Assembly: GCA_000991245.1 (NCBI GenBank)
Contig: LBRD01000001.1
Span: forward strand, 69,467 to 133,466
Source: Parcubacteria group bacterium GW2011_GWC1_36_108
GTDB taxonomy: Bacteria; Patescibacteriota; Minisyncoccia; Moranbacterales; GWC2-37-73
Reading direction: 5' to 3'
DNA length: 64,000 nt
Shown: positions 29,320-40,200 of the stretch, one piece after another
How the letters are laid out: each line of letters begins with the position of its first letter
How positions within the stretch are numbered: the stretch's first letter is position 1
Program-made: the position numbers and the translations under genes
Notes under the pieces: generated by a model
The model's input: the letters and a program-made list of their open reading frames with translations, nothing else
Databases searched by the model: none
Told to the model about the DNA's origin: nothing

Positions 29320-30726
29320 TTACTTCAACTTTTTAACCGCGTCTCGAAATTTATCCCCGCGATCAAATTCATTAGCAAAGAGTCCGAAGCTGGCAGCCCC
29401 TGGCGAAAGCAAAACGACATCGCCTTGCTCAGCTTTTTTTTGAGCCAGTGCAGTCGCTTCTTCCATGGAACTAACTATTTCAATATTATCTAAAAATTCT
29501 TTGTCAGCAATTTTTCTAATTTTTTCAAGCAACTTATCAGTCGCGTTACCTTTGAGTAAAACAACATCTTTTGCTTTTTCTAAAATTTCTTTTGCAAACT
29601 CGGCAAAGTCCAGATTCTTATCCGTTCCACCTGCAATCAAAACAATTGGTTTTTCAAAAGCATTAAGACCAGAAATAGCTGCGTCTGGAATTGTTGCCGC
29701 GGTGTCATTGTAATATTTCACACCGTTAAGTTCGCGCACAAATTCCAATCGATGAGCAACGCCTTTCAATTGCGGCAGAGCCTTTTTGATTTCTATTGCA
29801 CTTAATCCCAATGCATAGACAGCTCCAATTGCAGCCATCACATTAGAAAGATTATGTCTCCCTGGGATAAGTACGTCTTTAATTGCAACTAACTTTTTCA
29901 CATCAATTCCATTGTTGAGGTATATTGCATCATCCTCAATAAACACGGCTCTGCTGCGCTTAAGCGGCTCATATGAAAAACGCACGACTTGTGCAGGCAC
30001 TTCTTTGGTTGCCTCCCTGAGAAGTTCGTCATCATTATTCATAATTAGCCAATCCTTGGGTTTTTGATTTGTAAAAATATATTTTTTATCCTGAAAATAT
30101 TTTTCCATCGTGCCATAATAATTCAAATGATCAGGCATAATATTTTTAAACACAGCAATGTGCGGACTAAGTTTTGCTCGCCCCAAAGCAGAAAGACGCC
30201 AAGAGGAAAGTTCGAAAACCACCACTGAATCTTTCTTCAGCAGCAGCAATTTATCCAACACCGAAACTTGTCCAATGCCAATCTTTATCGGGTTTTTTCC
30301 TACTGTTTTTAAAATTTCATATATAAGAGTGGCGGTAGTCGTTTTTCCCTTGGTACCAGTCACTCCAATTATTTTGTTTTTGCAAATCTTAAAAAAAAGA
30401 CTAGAGTCCATTTCGACCGGAACTTTGTTTTCAAGAGCAAACTTGATATGTTTGTCCGACCATTGCGCTGCTGGATTTTTTATTACCATATCAACTTTGG
30501 AAAAATCTTCCATCCGATGATGACCCAAAACATATTCCACATTTTTAAGTCCCTTGAGTTTTTCTAGTGATGCGCTAAGCTGCTCCTTTGTTCGAAGATC
30601 AGTTGCTATAACCTTAGCTCCTTGCGCAACCAAAAATTTCACCGTGCCGACTCCGCCACCGTGAAGACCAATACCCATTACTGTTATTTTTTTGTTCTTA
30701 AAAAAGGATAGTTCCATAATGTTCAA
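29320..30726 (-). CDS. murD: UDP-N-acetylmuramoylalanine--D-glutamate ligase
   Basis: 468 aa; Rossmann N-terminal domain (VMGIGLHGGGVGTVKFL), Mur ligase P-loop GTKGKTTT. Confidence 0.8.
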   Translation of the reverse strand: MNIMELSFFKNKKITVMGIGLHGGGVGTVKFLVAQGAKVIATDLRTKEQLSASLEKLKGLKNVEYVLGHHRMEDFSKVDMVIKNPAAQWSDKHIKFALENKVPVEMDSSLFFKICKNKIIGVTGTKGKTTTATLIYEILKTVGKNPIKIGIGQVSVLDKLLLLKKDSVVVFELSSWRLSALGRAKLSPHIAVFKNIMPDHLNYYGTMEKYFQDKKYIFTNQKPKDWLIMNNDDELLREATKEVPAQVVRFSYEPLKRSRAVFIEDDAIYLNNGIDVKKLVAIKDVLIPGRHNLSNVMAAIGAVYALGLSAIEIKKALPQLKGVAHRLEFVRELNGVKYYNDTAATIPDAAISGLNAFEKPIVLIAGGTDKNLDFAEFAKEILEKAKDVVLLKGNATDKLLEKIRKIADKEFLDNIEIVSSMEEATALAQKKAEQGDVVLLSPGAASFGLFANEFDRGDKFRDAVKKLK

Positions 30727-30823
30727 TAATCAATAGTAAAAAGTCAATATACACCAAAAAATAAACGAAGTAAAGCAACACCCTACTTACTGAATTTTGT
30801 ATATTACATTTTGTATATTGTTT

Positions 30824-32416
30824 TTAGAACTCAAACAATGATGACTTTCTGCGAAGTACCACGCCTGCACGCTCTTCCAAGATTTTTCCATTTTTAATTG
30901 CAGGACGACCATTGACAAGTACCCAGTCAATGCCTTGTGAATATTGATATGGATTTTCAATTGTAGCAAGATCTTGAATCTTTTTTGGATCAAAAACAAC
31001 CACATCAGCAAAATTCCCCTCTGCAAGAATGCCACGCTTTTCAATATTAAATTTTTCCGCAGGTAATCCTGACATTTTTCGAATAGCCTCTTCCCAACCT
31101 ACAACACCTCTTTCCCTAACATAATCAGCCAGCACTCTCGGGAATGAACCGAAGTTTCGAGGATGCACAACTTCACCAGTTTCTCTATGTTTAATATCAT
31201 ATCCAGAACCATTTGATGAAACAATTGAAAAAGGATTTATAACACCCTTATCCACATTTTTTTCACTAAGCACTTCCATCATCGTTACTACTCGACCCTC
31301 ACTAGCAATAAGAACGTCGATGATCGTGTCTTCAATGCTTTTTCCTTGAGCCTCGGCAATTTCAGTAATTTTTTTACGATTAAGTGCCTTGTCCAAAGCT
31401 GAAATTGAAATAGTTATTTTTGAATAATCATATTCACTTGCTTTCATTTCTTTAATAACACGTTTTCGAATTTCTGAATCCTTAAGTCGCGAAAGCATCA
31501 TATTGCGACCACCTTCTGTAACCCAATCGGGAAGCAAAATATACAGCACGCTGCCTGTTGACGTGTATGGGTATACGTCGAAATGAACATCAATTCCACT
31601 GGTACGAGCTGTTTCAATCAAATTCAAAGCTTCTTCCATAAGCGGCCAATTTTTCTTTCCCATAACTTTTAGATGTGAGATTTGAAGCCTGACTCCCGTG
31701 ATCTGCGCAACACGAATTGCCTCTTCTACTGCTCTGATAAGTTCGTGCGCTTCTCCGCGAATATGAGTTGTATAAACACCGTTATATTTTTTCACAATCT
31801 CAGCCAATTCTGCAATTTCTCGAGAAGATGCCAATTTGGCGTGAGTATAAACCAATCCTGTTGAAAAACCAAGTGCGCCTTCTTTCATTGCTTGTGTCAG
31901 CATTTTTTTCATCACTTTCATCTCACCTGGGCTGATATCTCGAACTTCATCGCCAACCAAACCTCTTCGAAGTGTTCCGTGCCCCACCAGAGTTGCAAAG
32001 TTTAAAGCAATTTTTTTCTGTTCAACTTCAGCCAAAAATTCTTTCATACTGAGCCAATTAAAACTGACATTTTTCATATCAGTCCATTTTTGAATTGACT
32101 TTATAACACTATGATTAGCCAATGGTGCAAGCGATGAACCGCAATTTCCCCCAATAATAGTAGTAACACCTTGATGCAGCAAACTTTCAAGTACAGGATC
32201 AATAAAAATTCTCCAATATGTGTCGGAATGATTATTGACATCAATAAACCCAGGGGCTATATATTTTTTTGTTGCATCAATTTCAATTTCCGCATGCTCA
32301 TTGTGCAAGTCTCCAATATCAGTAATAACTCCCTCGCGAATCCCCACATCTCCGCGATACATTGGTTTACCAGAGCCATCAACAATTGTCCCATTTTTTA
32401 TGATTACATCAAGCAT
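30824..32416 (-). CDS. Amidohydrolase-superfamily protein, D-aminoacylase-like
   Basis: 530 aa; N-terminal MLDVIIKNGTIVDGSG...GFIDVNNH (first metal-binding HxH degenerated to NNH). Confidence 0.55.
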   Translation of the reverse strand: MLDVIIKNGTIVDGSGKPMYRGDVGIREGVITDIGDLHNEHAEIEIDATKKYIAPGFIDVNNHSDTYWRIFIDPVLESLLHQGVTTIIGGNCGSSLAPLANHSVIKSIQKWTDMKNVSFNWLSMKEFLAEVEQKKIALNFATLVGHGTLRRGLVGDEVRDISPGEMKVMKKMLTQAMKEGALGFSTGLVYTHAKLASSREIAELAEIVKKYNGVYTTHIRGEAHELIRAVEEAIRVAQITGVRLQISHLKVMGKKNWPLMEEALNLIETARTSGIDVHFDVYPYTSTGSVLYILLPDWVTEGGRNMMLSRLKDSEIRKRVIKEMKASEYDYSKITISISALDKALNRKKITEIAEAQGKSIEDTIIDVLIASEGRVVTMMEVLSEKNVDKGVINPFSIVSSNGSGYDIKHRETGEVVHPRNFGSFPRVLADYVRERGVVGWEEAIRKMSGLPAEKFNIEKRGILAEGNFADVVVFDPKKIQDLATIENPYQYSQGIDWVLVNGRPAIKNGKILEERAGVVLRRKSSLFEF

Positions 32417-32617
32417 ATGTTTTGTTTTTATTTTGGTTATTTTACAACTATATTATACAAAATTTTGACACTATTAGCAAGCAACAAAGCAATAATTTTC
32501 AATTTACAATTCACAATTTTCATTTAATTTTCAAATACTTAATTTTCAAATCTAAATTAAAATTTTAGTCATTGAGTCATTGAGATTTTATTGGAAATTG
32601 GGAATTGATCATTGGTA

Positions 32618-32648
32618 ATTTAAAAGGTTCGCAATAATTGCGAACCCA
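32618..32648 (-). terminator. Rho-independent terminator downstream of rnc
   Basis: ggttcgcaataattgcgaacc hairpin followed by a T-run on the minus strand. Confidence 0.55.
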
Positions 32649-32696
32649 GTTGACATAGAAAATATAATTTTGCAATAAAACAAAAAGCGAAGTTTT

Positions 32697-33434
32697 CTAG
32701 ATCCAGCTTTTCGCTTCTAATCCCAATCTAGCGGCTTCCCGCTGAGCTTCTTGTTTTGAATTTCCTTCTCCTTCAGCAACCAATTCATCTGCCAGATATA
32801 CTCCAACCACAAAATGCTTGTCGTGATCAGGTCCCCATTCTTTCATTACGCGATATGATGGTGTTACTTTGCTGTTTTCTTGTGCTTTCTCTTGAAAATA
32901 ACTTTTGGGATCAAGATATAATTTTTTCTCAATTATTTCGCTAAGTTTTGTGGCTACATTTTTCAATACGAATTTTTTTGTAACATCATAACCCTGATCA
33001 AGATATGCTGCACCAATAATAGCCTCCAGTGCGTTAGCCAACAAATATTGCCGAGCACGTCCCTTGTCTTTTGCTTCGCCACGACTCATTAATAAATATT
33101 TTTCAACTCCAATTTCTTGAGAAACAACAGCTAGCATTTCGCCGTTTACCAATGCGCTGCGCCAGCTGGTAAGTTCTCCTTCCGGATTTTTATAATTATT
33201 GTACAAATGTTCAGTAATAATAAGTTCCAAAACTGCATCACCCAAAAATTCCAAACGCTCATTATGGTCAAGCGCATAATCCCTGTTTTCATTCAGATAA
33301 CTGCGATGAGTCACTGCCTGACGCAACAACTCGATATTATCAAATTTAATGCCAATTTTCTTAGCCAAAGACTCTACCATGGAATTTAATGTCAAAACCC
33401 CAATAACAAATGTCAAATAAATGCCAAATGTCAA
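32697..33434 (-). CDS. rnc: Ribonuclease III
   Basis: 245 aa; RNase III signature ERLEFLGDAVLELIITEHLY, C-terminal dsRBD. Confidence 0.85.
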   Translation of the reverse strand: MTFGIYLTFVIGVLTLNSMVESLAKKIGIKFDNIELLRQAVTHRSYLNENRDYALDHNERLEFLGDAVLELIITEHLYNNYKNPEGELTSWRSALVNGEMLAVVSQEIGVEKYLLMSRGEAKDKGRARQYLLANALEAIIGAAYLDQGYDVTKKFVLKNVATKLSEIIEKKLYLDPKSYFQEKAQENSKVTPSYRVMKEWGPDHDKHFVVGVYLADELVAEGEGNSKQEAQREAARLGLEAKSWI

Positions 33435-33510
33435 AATTCAAAAAATTTAAACATTAGGATTTGATTTGAAATTTTTAATTTGAAATTTTTAATTTGAAAT
33501 AATTATTACG
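33395..33510. repeat. Tandem oligomer arrays (aaatgtca/aaatgcca; tttgaaattttta x3)
   Basis: caaatgtcaaataaatgccaaatgtcaaaa ... atttgaaatttttaatttgaaatttttaatttgaaat. Confidence 0.65.
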
Positions 33511-33512
33511 CT

Positions 33513-34013
33513 TCAATTTTTTTCCTCCTCCACTTTTTCTATCTTTTCTTCAGATATTTCCTTATGTTTCTTCGTGCTATCATCTTTCATTGGTTCGCCC
33601 ATTTCGCGATAAATCGTGCCTAGCACACCGTTTACAAAGCGGGCAGAACTTTCGCCGCCAAAAGTTTTGGCAAGTTCAATAGATTCATTGATGGCAACTT
33701 TTGGAGGAACTTCACCATAATTACCATGCATAAGTTCATATATCCCCAAACGAAGAATGTTGCGATCAATAATTGTCACTTGTTCCAAGGGCCATTCAGG
33801 AGCACATTTTTCAATCAGAGCATCAATAGTTGCTCGTTTTTCAAGTGTTCCTTTTGCAAGCGCTTTTACAAATTCGCAGTCCTCAATTCCCGGAGCAAAT
33901 TCCGAGACATTGCGCGCCACGATGTCGGAAATTTGCTCATCGTGCTTACCTTGAAAATCCCACTCAAAAAGAGCCTGCATTGCTACTGATCTTTGAAGGT
34001 GCCTGTTAGCCAT
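33513..34013 (-). CDS. nusB: Transcription antitermination factor NusB
   Basis: 166 aa; [18 protein letters not shown]-terminus typical of NusB. Confidence 0.8.
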   Translation of the reverse strand: MANRHLQRSVAMQALFEWDFQGKHDEQISDIVARNVSEFAPGIEDCEFVKALAKGTLEKRATIDALIEKCAPEWPLEQVTIIDRNILRLGIYELMHGNYGEVPPKVAINESIELAKTFGGESSARFVNGVLGTIYREMGEPMKDDSTKKHKEISEEKIEKVEEEKN

Positions 34014-34115
34014 TGAAGTAACTGATTTTCACGAATTTAAAACGAATTTTCACGAATCACGAATGATCCGTGATCTGTGATTATTAGTTTTACATCTGTG
34101 TTTATCCGTTTATAT

Positions 34116-34313
34116 TTATTTTTTCTTCGCTACTTTTTTGATTGTATTTACAACTTCATTTCCCTTGTAAAATCCACAGTGAGTACAAACTCTGTGCGCA
34201 AGTTTTTCCTTGCCACATTTTGTGCAAGTTTGAGTTTTCACAGTTTCAATTGCAAAGCGATCGCGTTTAGCATCTCGTCGTTGTTTAGTGTGTCGTTGTT
34301 TTGGTACTGACAT
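34116..34313 (-). CDS. rpmF: 50S ribosomal protein L32
   Basis: 65 aa; MSVPKQRHTKQRRDAKR..., CxxC...CxxC zinc ribbon. Confidence 0.75.
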   Translation of the reverse strand: MSVPKQRHTKQRRDAKRDRFAIETVKTQTCTKCGKEKLAHRVCTHCGFYKGNEVVNTIKKVAKKK

Positions 34314-34379
34314 AATCGTGCATAAAAAATAAAGCGTTTCTCTCTAACCGTATCTGGAAAACCAAAGAAGTTTATCTGA

Positions 34380-34440
34380 TAATTTTAGGGTTTTAATTTC
34401 CAATTTCCAATTTCCAATTTCCAATCAATTTCCAATGACC
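34380..34440. repeat. Tandem (tttccaa)n array, reverse complement of the ttggaaa arrays at 25225 and 43676
   Basis: tttccaatttccaatttccaatttccaatcaatttccaatg. Confidence 0.7.
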
Positions 34441-34561
34441 GAATTTTTAAATTTCAAAAATGAAAATGTCGCTCTATTTCTAACTTTTTAAATGTTAAAA
34501 TATCAAAATTATAATAGCATGCATATTGTAATTTGGCAAGATTTAGCAATATTTTGCAACA

Positions 34562-35308
34562 TTATCTTAAGGATGGGTCAATTCCCACAGCCAGAAGCTC
34601 ATTAATCGCTCTTTTGACTGGAGCAAAGCTTTTTCGATGAATCTCGCATGGTCCGTATTTAAAAAGTGCATCCATATGAACCTTCGTTCCGTACCCCTTA
34701 TGTTTATCTAAGCCATATTGAGGGTATTTCGAGGCAAATTCAAGCATCATTCTATCACGAGTCACTTTTGCCACAATCGAAGCCGCTGAAATTGATTTTA
34801 CTAATTTATCCCCTCCCACCACAGCATATTGTTCCATAGAAAGATTTGGGATAACCTTATTGCCATCCACAAGGACTATGTATTTAGGCTCCACATCACC
34901 CCAAATTTCCTGTCCCATGTTGCGTTTAAGCTCCTGGATAGCTTTTTTCATGGACAAAAAACTTGCTTCCAAAATATTAATCCTATCGATCGTTTCATGA
35001 TCGCAAAGTCCGATGCCAATATAAAAATGCTCATTAATAAAATCAAAAATCTCTTCACGCTGTTTTTCTGAAACTTTTTTGGAATCCCGAATAAGATCAA
35101 ATTGCTTTTGTTTGTCAGTGGGAATTTTAAAATTAATATCCTTAAACATTGCAGCGCACGCCAAAACAGGACCACAAAGCGGTCCACGACCAACTTCATC
35201 AGTTCCAATGATATGAGTGAAACCCTGATTAGCAAAATCTTTTTCAAGAATAAATGTTGAAGTCTCCATAAGGGCAGTATAATGCATTTCGCAGAATGTA
35301 TAAAGCAT
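34562..35308 (-). CDS. rnhB: Ribonuclease HII
   Basis: HIIGTDEVGRGPLCGPVLACAA catalytic motif. The real start may be the internal Met (METSTF...). Confidence 0.8.
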   Translation of the reverse strand: MLYTFCEMHYTALMETSTFILEKDFANQGFTHIIGTDEVGRGPLCGPVLACAAMFKDINFKIPTDKQKQFDLIRDSKKVSEKQREEIFDFINEHFYIGIGLCDHETIDRINILEASFLSMKKAIQELKRNMGQEIWGDVEPKYIVLVDGNKVIPNLSMEQYAVVGGDKLVKSISAASIVAKVTRDRMMLEFASKYPQYGLDKHKGYGTKVHMDALFKYGPCEIHRKSFAPVKRAINELLAVGIDPSLR

Positions 35309-35362
35309 AAAAAAATTACCGCCTTTTCAGACGGTAATTTCAAGTATCGAATTTTTTATTTT

Positions 35363-35911
35363 TTATTTTTTAATATATTTTGCCAAAGCTAATCGCGCAG
35401 GCTCAATGCTGACAACTGAAACACCTTCGCAATCAAGATAAAATCCTTTTATGGTTATTGTTTCTGGTTTTTCTTCGGTAGCCTTTTTAAGCTTTGCAGC
35501 TAATGCTGGAGTCAAATCCTCAATAAAAAGCAGGCTGCTTATAATTCCATTTTTTTCTGTTTTAGCTGGGTCTGGCAATTTTTCAATATCTTCTTTTACA
35601 ATTTTAAACATCCAATCCTTTTTTGTTGAACCAGGAATTGTTGTTAATTCATATGTACCTCTCAATGCTGCCTCTCCTTCGTACAGCTTTGCAACACATT
35701 TTCCATCCTCGGGACCATTAACTGGTGCCTGTTGCTTTTTTTCCGGTTGCGCTGCTGGTTTGATTGGCGCAGCCACTTGTTTATTTTCTCCCTTAGCAGC
35801 ACCACCAAACAAACTTTGGCGCACATCTTGAGCCAAGAAAATTCCTCCAACAATAACTGCTGCCAATAAAATCACTCCAGTTGCAAGTTCACTTGCTATT
35901 TTTTTATTCAT
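35363..35911 (-). CDS. Hypothetical exported protein with N-terminal signal/anchor
   Basis: 182 aa; N-terminal hydrophobic helix. Confidence 0.45.
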   Translation of the reverse strand: MNKKIASELATGVILLAAVIVGGIFLAQDVRQSLFGGAAKGENKQVAAPIKPAAQPEKKQQAPVNGPEDGKCVAKLYEGEAALRGTYELTTIPGSTKKDWMFKIVKEDIEKLPDPAKTEKNGIISSLLFIEDLTPALAAKLKKATEEKPETITIKGFYLDCEGVSVVSIEPARLALAKYIKK

Positions 35912-36027
35912 TTTTGTTTACTTTGTTGAACTGTGCAGGGCGCAATATTCAACTGAAGTCTTTTAAAACTTACATATAAATTATACCACAAAGAAAACGA
36001 TTTGCACAGCAATAACAATATTAAGTG

Positions 36028-36474
36028 TTACAAGCAAGGTACCTGTACATCCAAAATATCATCATCCCCTGGAAAAGTCCCCACCCAAAGCATTTGATTA
36101 TTTTTTTCCGCATTTTCAATGATGCTGCGCAATTCGTCAAAGCGCGGATTTGTGTTTGAAAGAAAGAGTGGTGCTGGACGAGGTACAACCTGAATCATTA
36201 AACCAGTTTTTGGCTGCTGAATAAATTCCATTGTTTCCACATAAACATTATTAATAGGTGTTGCAAAATCAACCAATCCTGTGGCAGTATCATATGAAAC
36301 AAAGAAAAAACTATTTTCTGCTGCCACGCGACGAACAAACTGAATATTAAGTTTTCCTAATTCCCCATTTTGAATCCAACATTTTTTTCCATTATCAATA
36401 TCAAAAGAAAAAATATTTTTTGAAGAATCCTCAATAATATTTTCTGCCTTAGTAAAAGCATGCGAGGTTCTCAT
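36028..36474 (-). CDS. Hypothetical protein
   Basis: 148 aa ORF. Confidence 0.4.
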   Translation of the reverse strand: MRTSHAFTKAENIIEDSSKNIFSFDIDNGKKCWIQNGELGKLNIQFVRRVAAENSFFFVSYDTATGLVDFATPINNVYVETMEFIQQPKTGLMIQVVPRPAPLFLSNTNPRFDELRSIIENAEKNNQMLWVGTFPGDDDILDVQVPCL

Positions 36475-36476
36475 AT

Positions 36477-36767
36477 TTATTTCAAAATTATAAAAATGAT
36501 TACTGTCATCAAAGCAGCATCTATAATAAAATTTAGCACATTAAATTTCTCAGTAAGCCCATAGCCAAGAAATTTTAAGGGAAATCCACCATTAGCTTCG
36601 ATTTCGCCCAATGTTCCCTGTTTTGACATTTCAACCATTTCCTTCTTTTGCCGATTTAATTGAAAATTGGCTTGCCAATATCCCACAAAAAATGTCAGCA
36701 CTATTCCAATTAAAGCACTCACAACAAAAACTTTTCCTGATATCATATTTTTATAATTTATTCGCAT
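36477..36767 (-). CDS. Small membrane protein, hypothetical
   Basis: 96 aa with two TM helices. Confidence 0.4.
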   Translation of the reverse strand: MRINYKNMISGKVFVVSALIGIVLTFFVGYWQANFQLNRQKKEMVEMSKQGTLGEIEANGGFPLKFLGYGLTEKFNVLNFIIDAALMTVIIFIILK

Positions 36768-36858
36768 TATTAAACAATTTTTCTATTCCAATATTCATAT
36801 TAATAGTTAAATTATAGCATATTTACAAGAAAAGTTATCCACTTTTTATTCTTAAACT

Positions 36859-36996
36859 GTTTCAGAAGTTACGCGTTTCGAAACATTTCTTTTTTGGCCA
36901 ATTGTTGGCGACAGCAACTCTTTGAGCTTTTGGATATTGAGCATTTATCCAAAAGCGTGCCAAAGAAGAAAAGTTGAGAAAATGCGTAAGTCCTAA
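36859..36996 (+). ncRNA. Copy 2 of the ~138-nt structured element (candidate small RNA)
   Basis: Same three helices as copy 1. Compensatory changes (gtcg/cgac to gttg/caac) and an A to G change that keeps pairing as G-U only on the plus strand. A T-rich tract (gtgtttttcttttttc) follows it. The overlapping ORF 36862..37101 is judged spurious. Confidence 0.45.
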
Positions 36997-37129
36997 AATG
37001 CCGTGTTTTTCTTTTTTCAAAAAATATGCTAAGATGGATTTATTAAAATATCTTGCAAAACCCAATGGCTTGGTCCCTGGGAGATGAAGATAAACACACA
37101 TATGATATTACCTTATTTTTATAATTATA

Positions 37130-37280
37130 TTTTTTAAACTACATTGTTTGTGGTTTTTTATTTTATCCGTAATTTTATAATTTTTAATTTTGTAATTTTT
37201 AAATAATGTTCAAATTTTTTAATTTTTAAAAATTAAAAATTAAGATTTATTTATAAAATTTAAAAATTAAAAATTTTTAA
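37130..37280. repeat. AT-rich (aattttta/aaaattaaaaatt)n array
   Basis: Similar arrays at 41040-41170 and 48170-48285. Confidence 0.6.
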
Positions 37281-37282
37281 AT

Positions 37283-40200
37283 ATGAAGTATACCCATCTC
37301 CACGTTCACTCCCATTACTCACTTTTAGATGGTCTCGGCAAAGTCGATGATCTGCTTGATCGTGCCAAAGAACTGGGAATGGAATCGATTGCTCTGACTG
37401 ATCACGGTGTTATGTATGGCGCGGTGGAACTTTTTATTAAAGCCAAGGAGAAAGGAATCAAGGCAATCATTGGCTGCGAAATGTATGTGACTGCCGGCGA
37501 TTACACTTCCAAAGATGCCACAGCTGAAAACCGCAAAAGATATCATTTAATTTTGCTTGTAAAAGATGAGGTTGGATATCATAATCTTATGAAGCTTGTT
37601 TCATTGGCTCATTTGGATGGATTTTATTACAAGCCAAGAATTGATAGAAAACTTCTGAGAAAATATGCCAAAGGTTTAATTGGTTTATCTGCCTGCACAG
37701 AAGGAGAAATTCCCGCTCAAATTATCATGGGAAATTATGATAAAGCTAAAGAATTAGCTTTGGAATACAAAGATATTTTTGATGAAGGAGGTTTTTTTCT
37801 GGAAGTTCAAGATCACAAAAAATATCCCAGTCAAGCAATTGCTAATGAAGGAATTTTCAAATTAGCCAAAGAAATCAATCTGCCAGTAGTTGCCACTTGC
37901 GATGTACATTATGTCAACAAAGAAGACGCCAGTGCGCAAGACATCTTGCTTTGTGTGCAAACCAACCGCAAAGTATACGAGTCTGATCGTATGAATTTGA
38001 TGGATTTTGATTTATCCCTGCGCAGTCCTGAAGAAGTCTTGGCTGGCTTTCCTGACAATCCTGAAGTGCTTTCCAACACCCAGCTCGTGACTGATCAGTG
38101 TGATTTCAAAATAAAAATGGGAGAAACACAACTTCCCCATTTTGATGTGCCAGATGGGAAAACAGATATGGCGTATTTAGTAGAGCTTTGTGAAAAAGGT
38201 CTTACGAAAAAATATGGCGAAAATATCACAGAAATTCATCGCACGCGTATGGACTACGAACTTTCTGTTATTGAAAAATGCGGATATGGATCATACTTTT
38301 TGATTGTGCAAGATTTTGTTAACTGGGCACGTGCCAATGGGATTGTGGTTGGACCGGGACGCGGAAGCGCGGCTGGTAGTTTTGTTTCATATTTAACCGG
38401 AATTACCAATGTTGATCCAATTGAATATAACTTACTTTTTGAACGATTTCTTAATCCAGAGCGTGTTTCAATGCCCGATGTTGATATGGATTTTGCCGAC
38501 GACAGAAGAGAAGATGTTCTTAATTATGTACGTCAAAAATATGGCAACGATCATGTTTCACAAATAATTACTTTTGGAACTATGGCAGCCCGCGCTGCAA
38601 TTCGAGACACCGGCAGAGCGCTAGGAATTCCCTATGATTTTTGCAACAAAACTTCTCAAATGATTCCGATGTTTACTTCGATTAAAAAAGCATTAGAAGA
38701 AGTTCCGGAATTTAAAGACCATTACAATTCTTCTGAAGATGCTCGGAAACTCATCGACAGCGCAATGCGATTAGAAGGCGTAATCAGGCATGCTGGAATG
38801 CATGCTTGTGGGGTTGTTATTACCAAAGAGCCAGTAACGTATTATTCCCCTATTCAAAACATCACGGGATCGCGCGAAGGCACCGTGACTCAATATTCAT
38901 CTTCGACCAAATCTTCTTATGTGGAAAAAATTGGGTTACTCAAGATGGACTTTTTGGGATTAAAAAATCTTACCATTATTCAAAACACTTTGCGCATTGT
39001 CAAAAAGACCAAAGGCATTGACATTGATATTGATACCATTCCGATTGACGACGTTAAGACATATGAACTTTTGCAAGAAGCGCGAACAACCGGAGTTTTT
39101 CAATTGGAAAGTTCTGGAATGAAACGTTACCTCAAGATGCTAAAACCAACAGTTATCGAAGATATTATCGCAATGGTGGCACTGTATCGTCCAGGGCCGA
39201 TGGATTGGATTCCTGATTTTATTTCAGGCAAACACGGACGAAAAATAAAATATGTGCATCCAAAGCTTGAACCGATTTTGAAAAATACTTATGGCGTGGC
39301 GGTATATCAAGAACAAGTTATGCAAATTGCTCGCGACTTAGCAGGCTTTACTATGGGTGAAGCTGATGTGCTGCGAAAAGCAATGGGAAAGAAAATTTTT
39401 GAATTGATTAAGGAACAAAAAATTAAATTCGTGGAAGGTTGTATCGCCAACGGAAGCACAAAAGAAATTGCTGAAAAAGTTTTTTCTTTTATCGAACCCT
39501 TTGCTGGTTATGGTTTCAATCGCTCACACGCAGCTTGCTATGCCATCATCGGATATCAAACAGCATATCTCAAAGCTCATTATCCTGCTGCTTTTATGGC
39601 AGCGCTGCAAACATCAGATCAAGATAACATCGATCGCATCGCCATTGAAGCAGCTGAATGTCACGATATGGGCATCAAAGTTCTTGCGCCAAACGTAAAC
39701 GAAAGTTTTGAAGATTTTGCTGTGATCACAGCAACAGACGGAACTGAAAGCATTCGCTTTGGGTTTAATGCCATTAAAAATGTTGGTCACGTGATTGCCA
39801 GTGAAATTGTGGCGGAAAGAAAAAGAAACGGAAAATTCAAATCACTTGGCGATTTCCTGGAACGCGTCGAAACAAAAGATCTCAACAAAAAATCCATCGA
39901 CGCTCTGGCAAAAGTTGGAGCACTTGATGAACTCGGGGAACGAAATCAAATCGTGGAAAGTATGGAGCAAATCCTGATGTTCACAAAAAGTGTGCAGAAA
40001 TCAAAAAATTCAAACCAAGTAAGCTTGTTCGGAGAAGCTATTTTGGAAACTCCACAAGTTCCCCTTTTGGAAGTTGAGTCTGCTTCAAAAAAGCAACAAT
40101 TAAAATGGGAGAAGGAATTGCTTGGTCTTTATGTCAGTGGACATCCTGTTAAAGAATATCAAGCTTACATTGATAAGGTTGCAGTTTCACTGGACAAACT

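Noticed and set aside
36862-37101. 79-aa ORF on the minus strand overlapping copy 2 of the 138-nt element
   Set aside because: It overlaps a conserved structured non-coding element whose twin copy at 3668-3806 carries no equivalent ORF; likely spurious.
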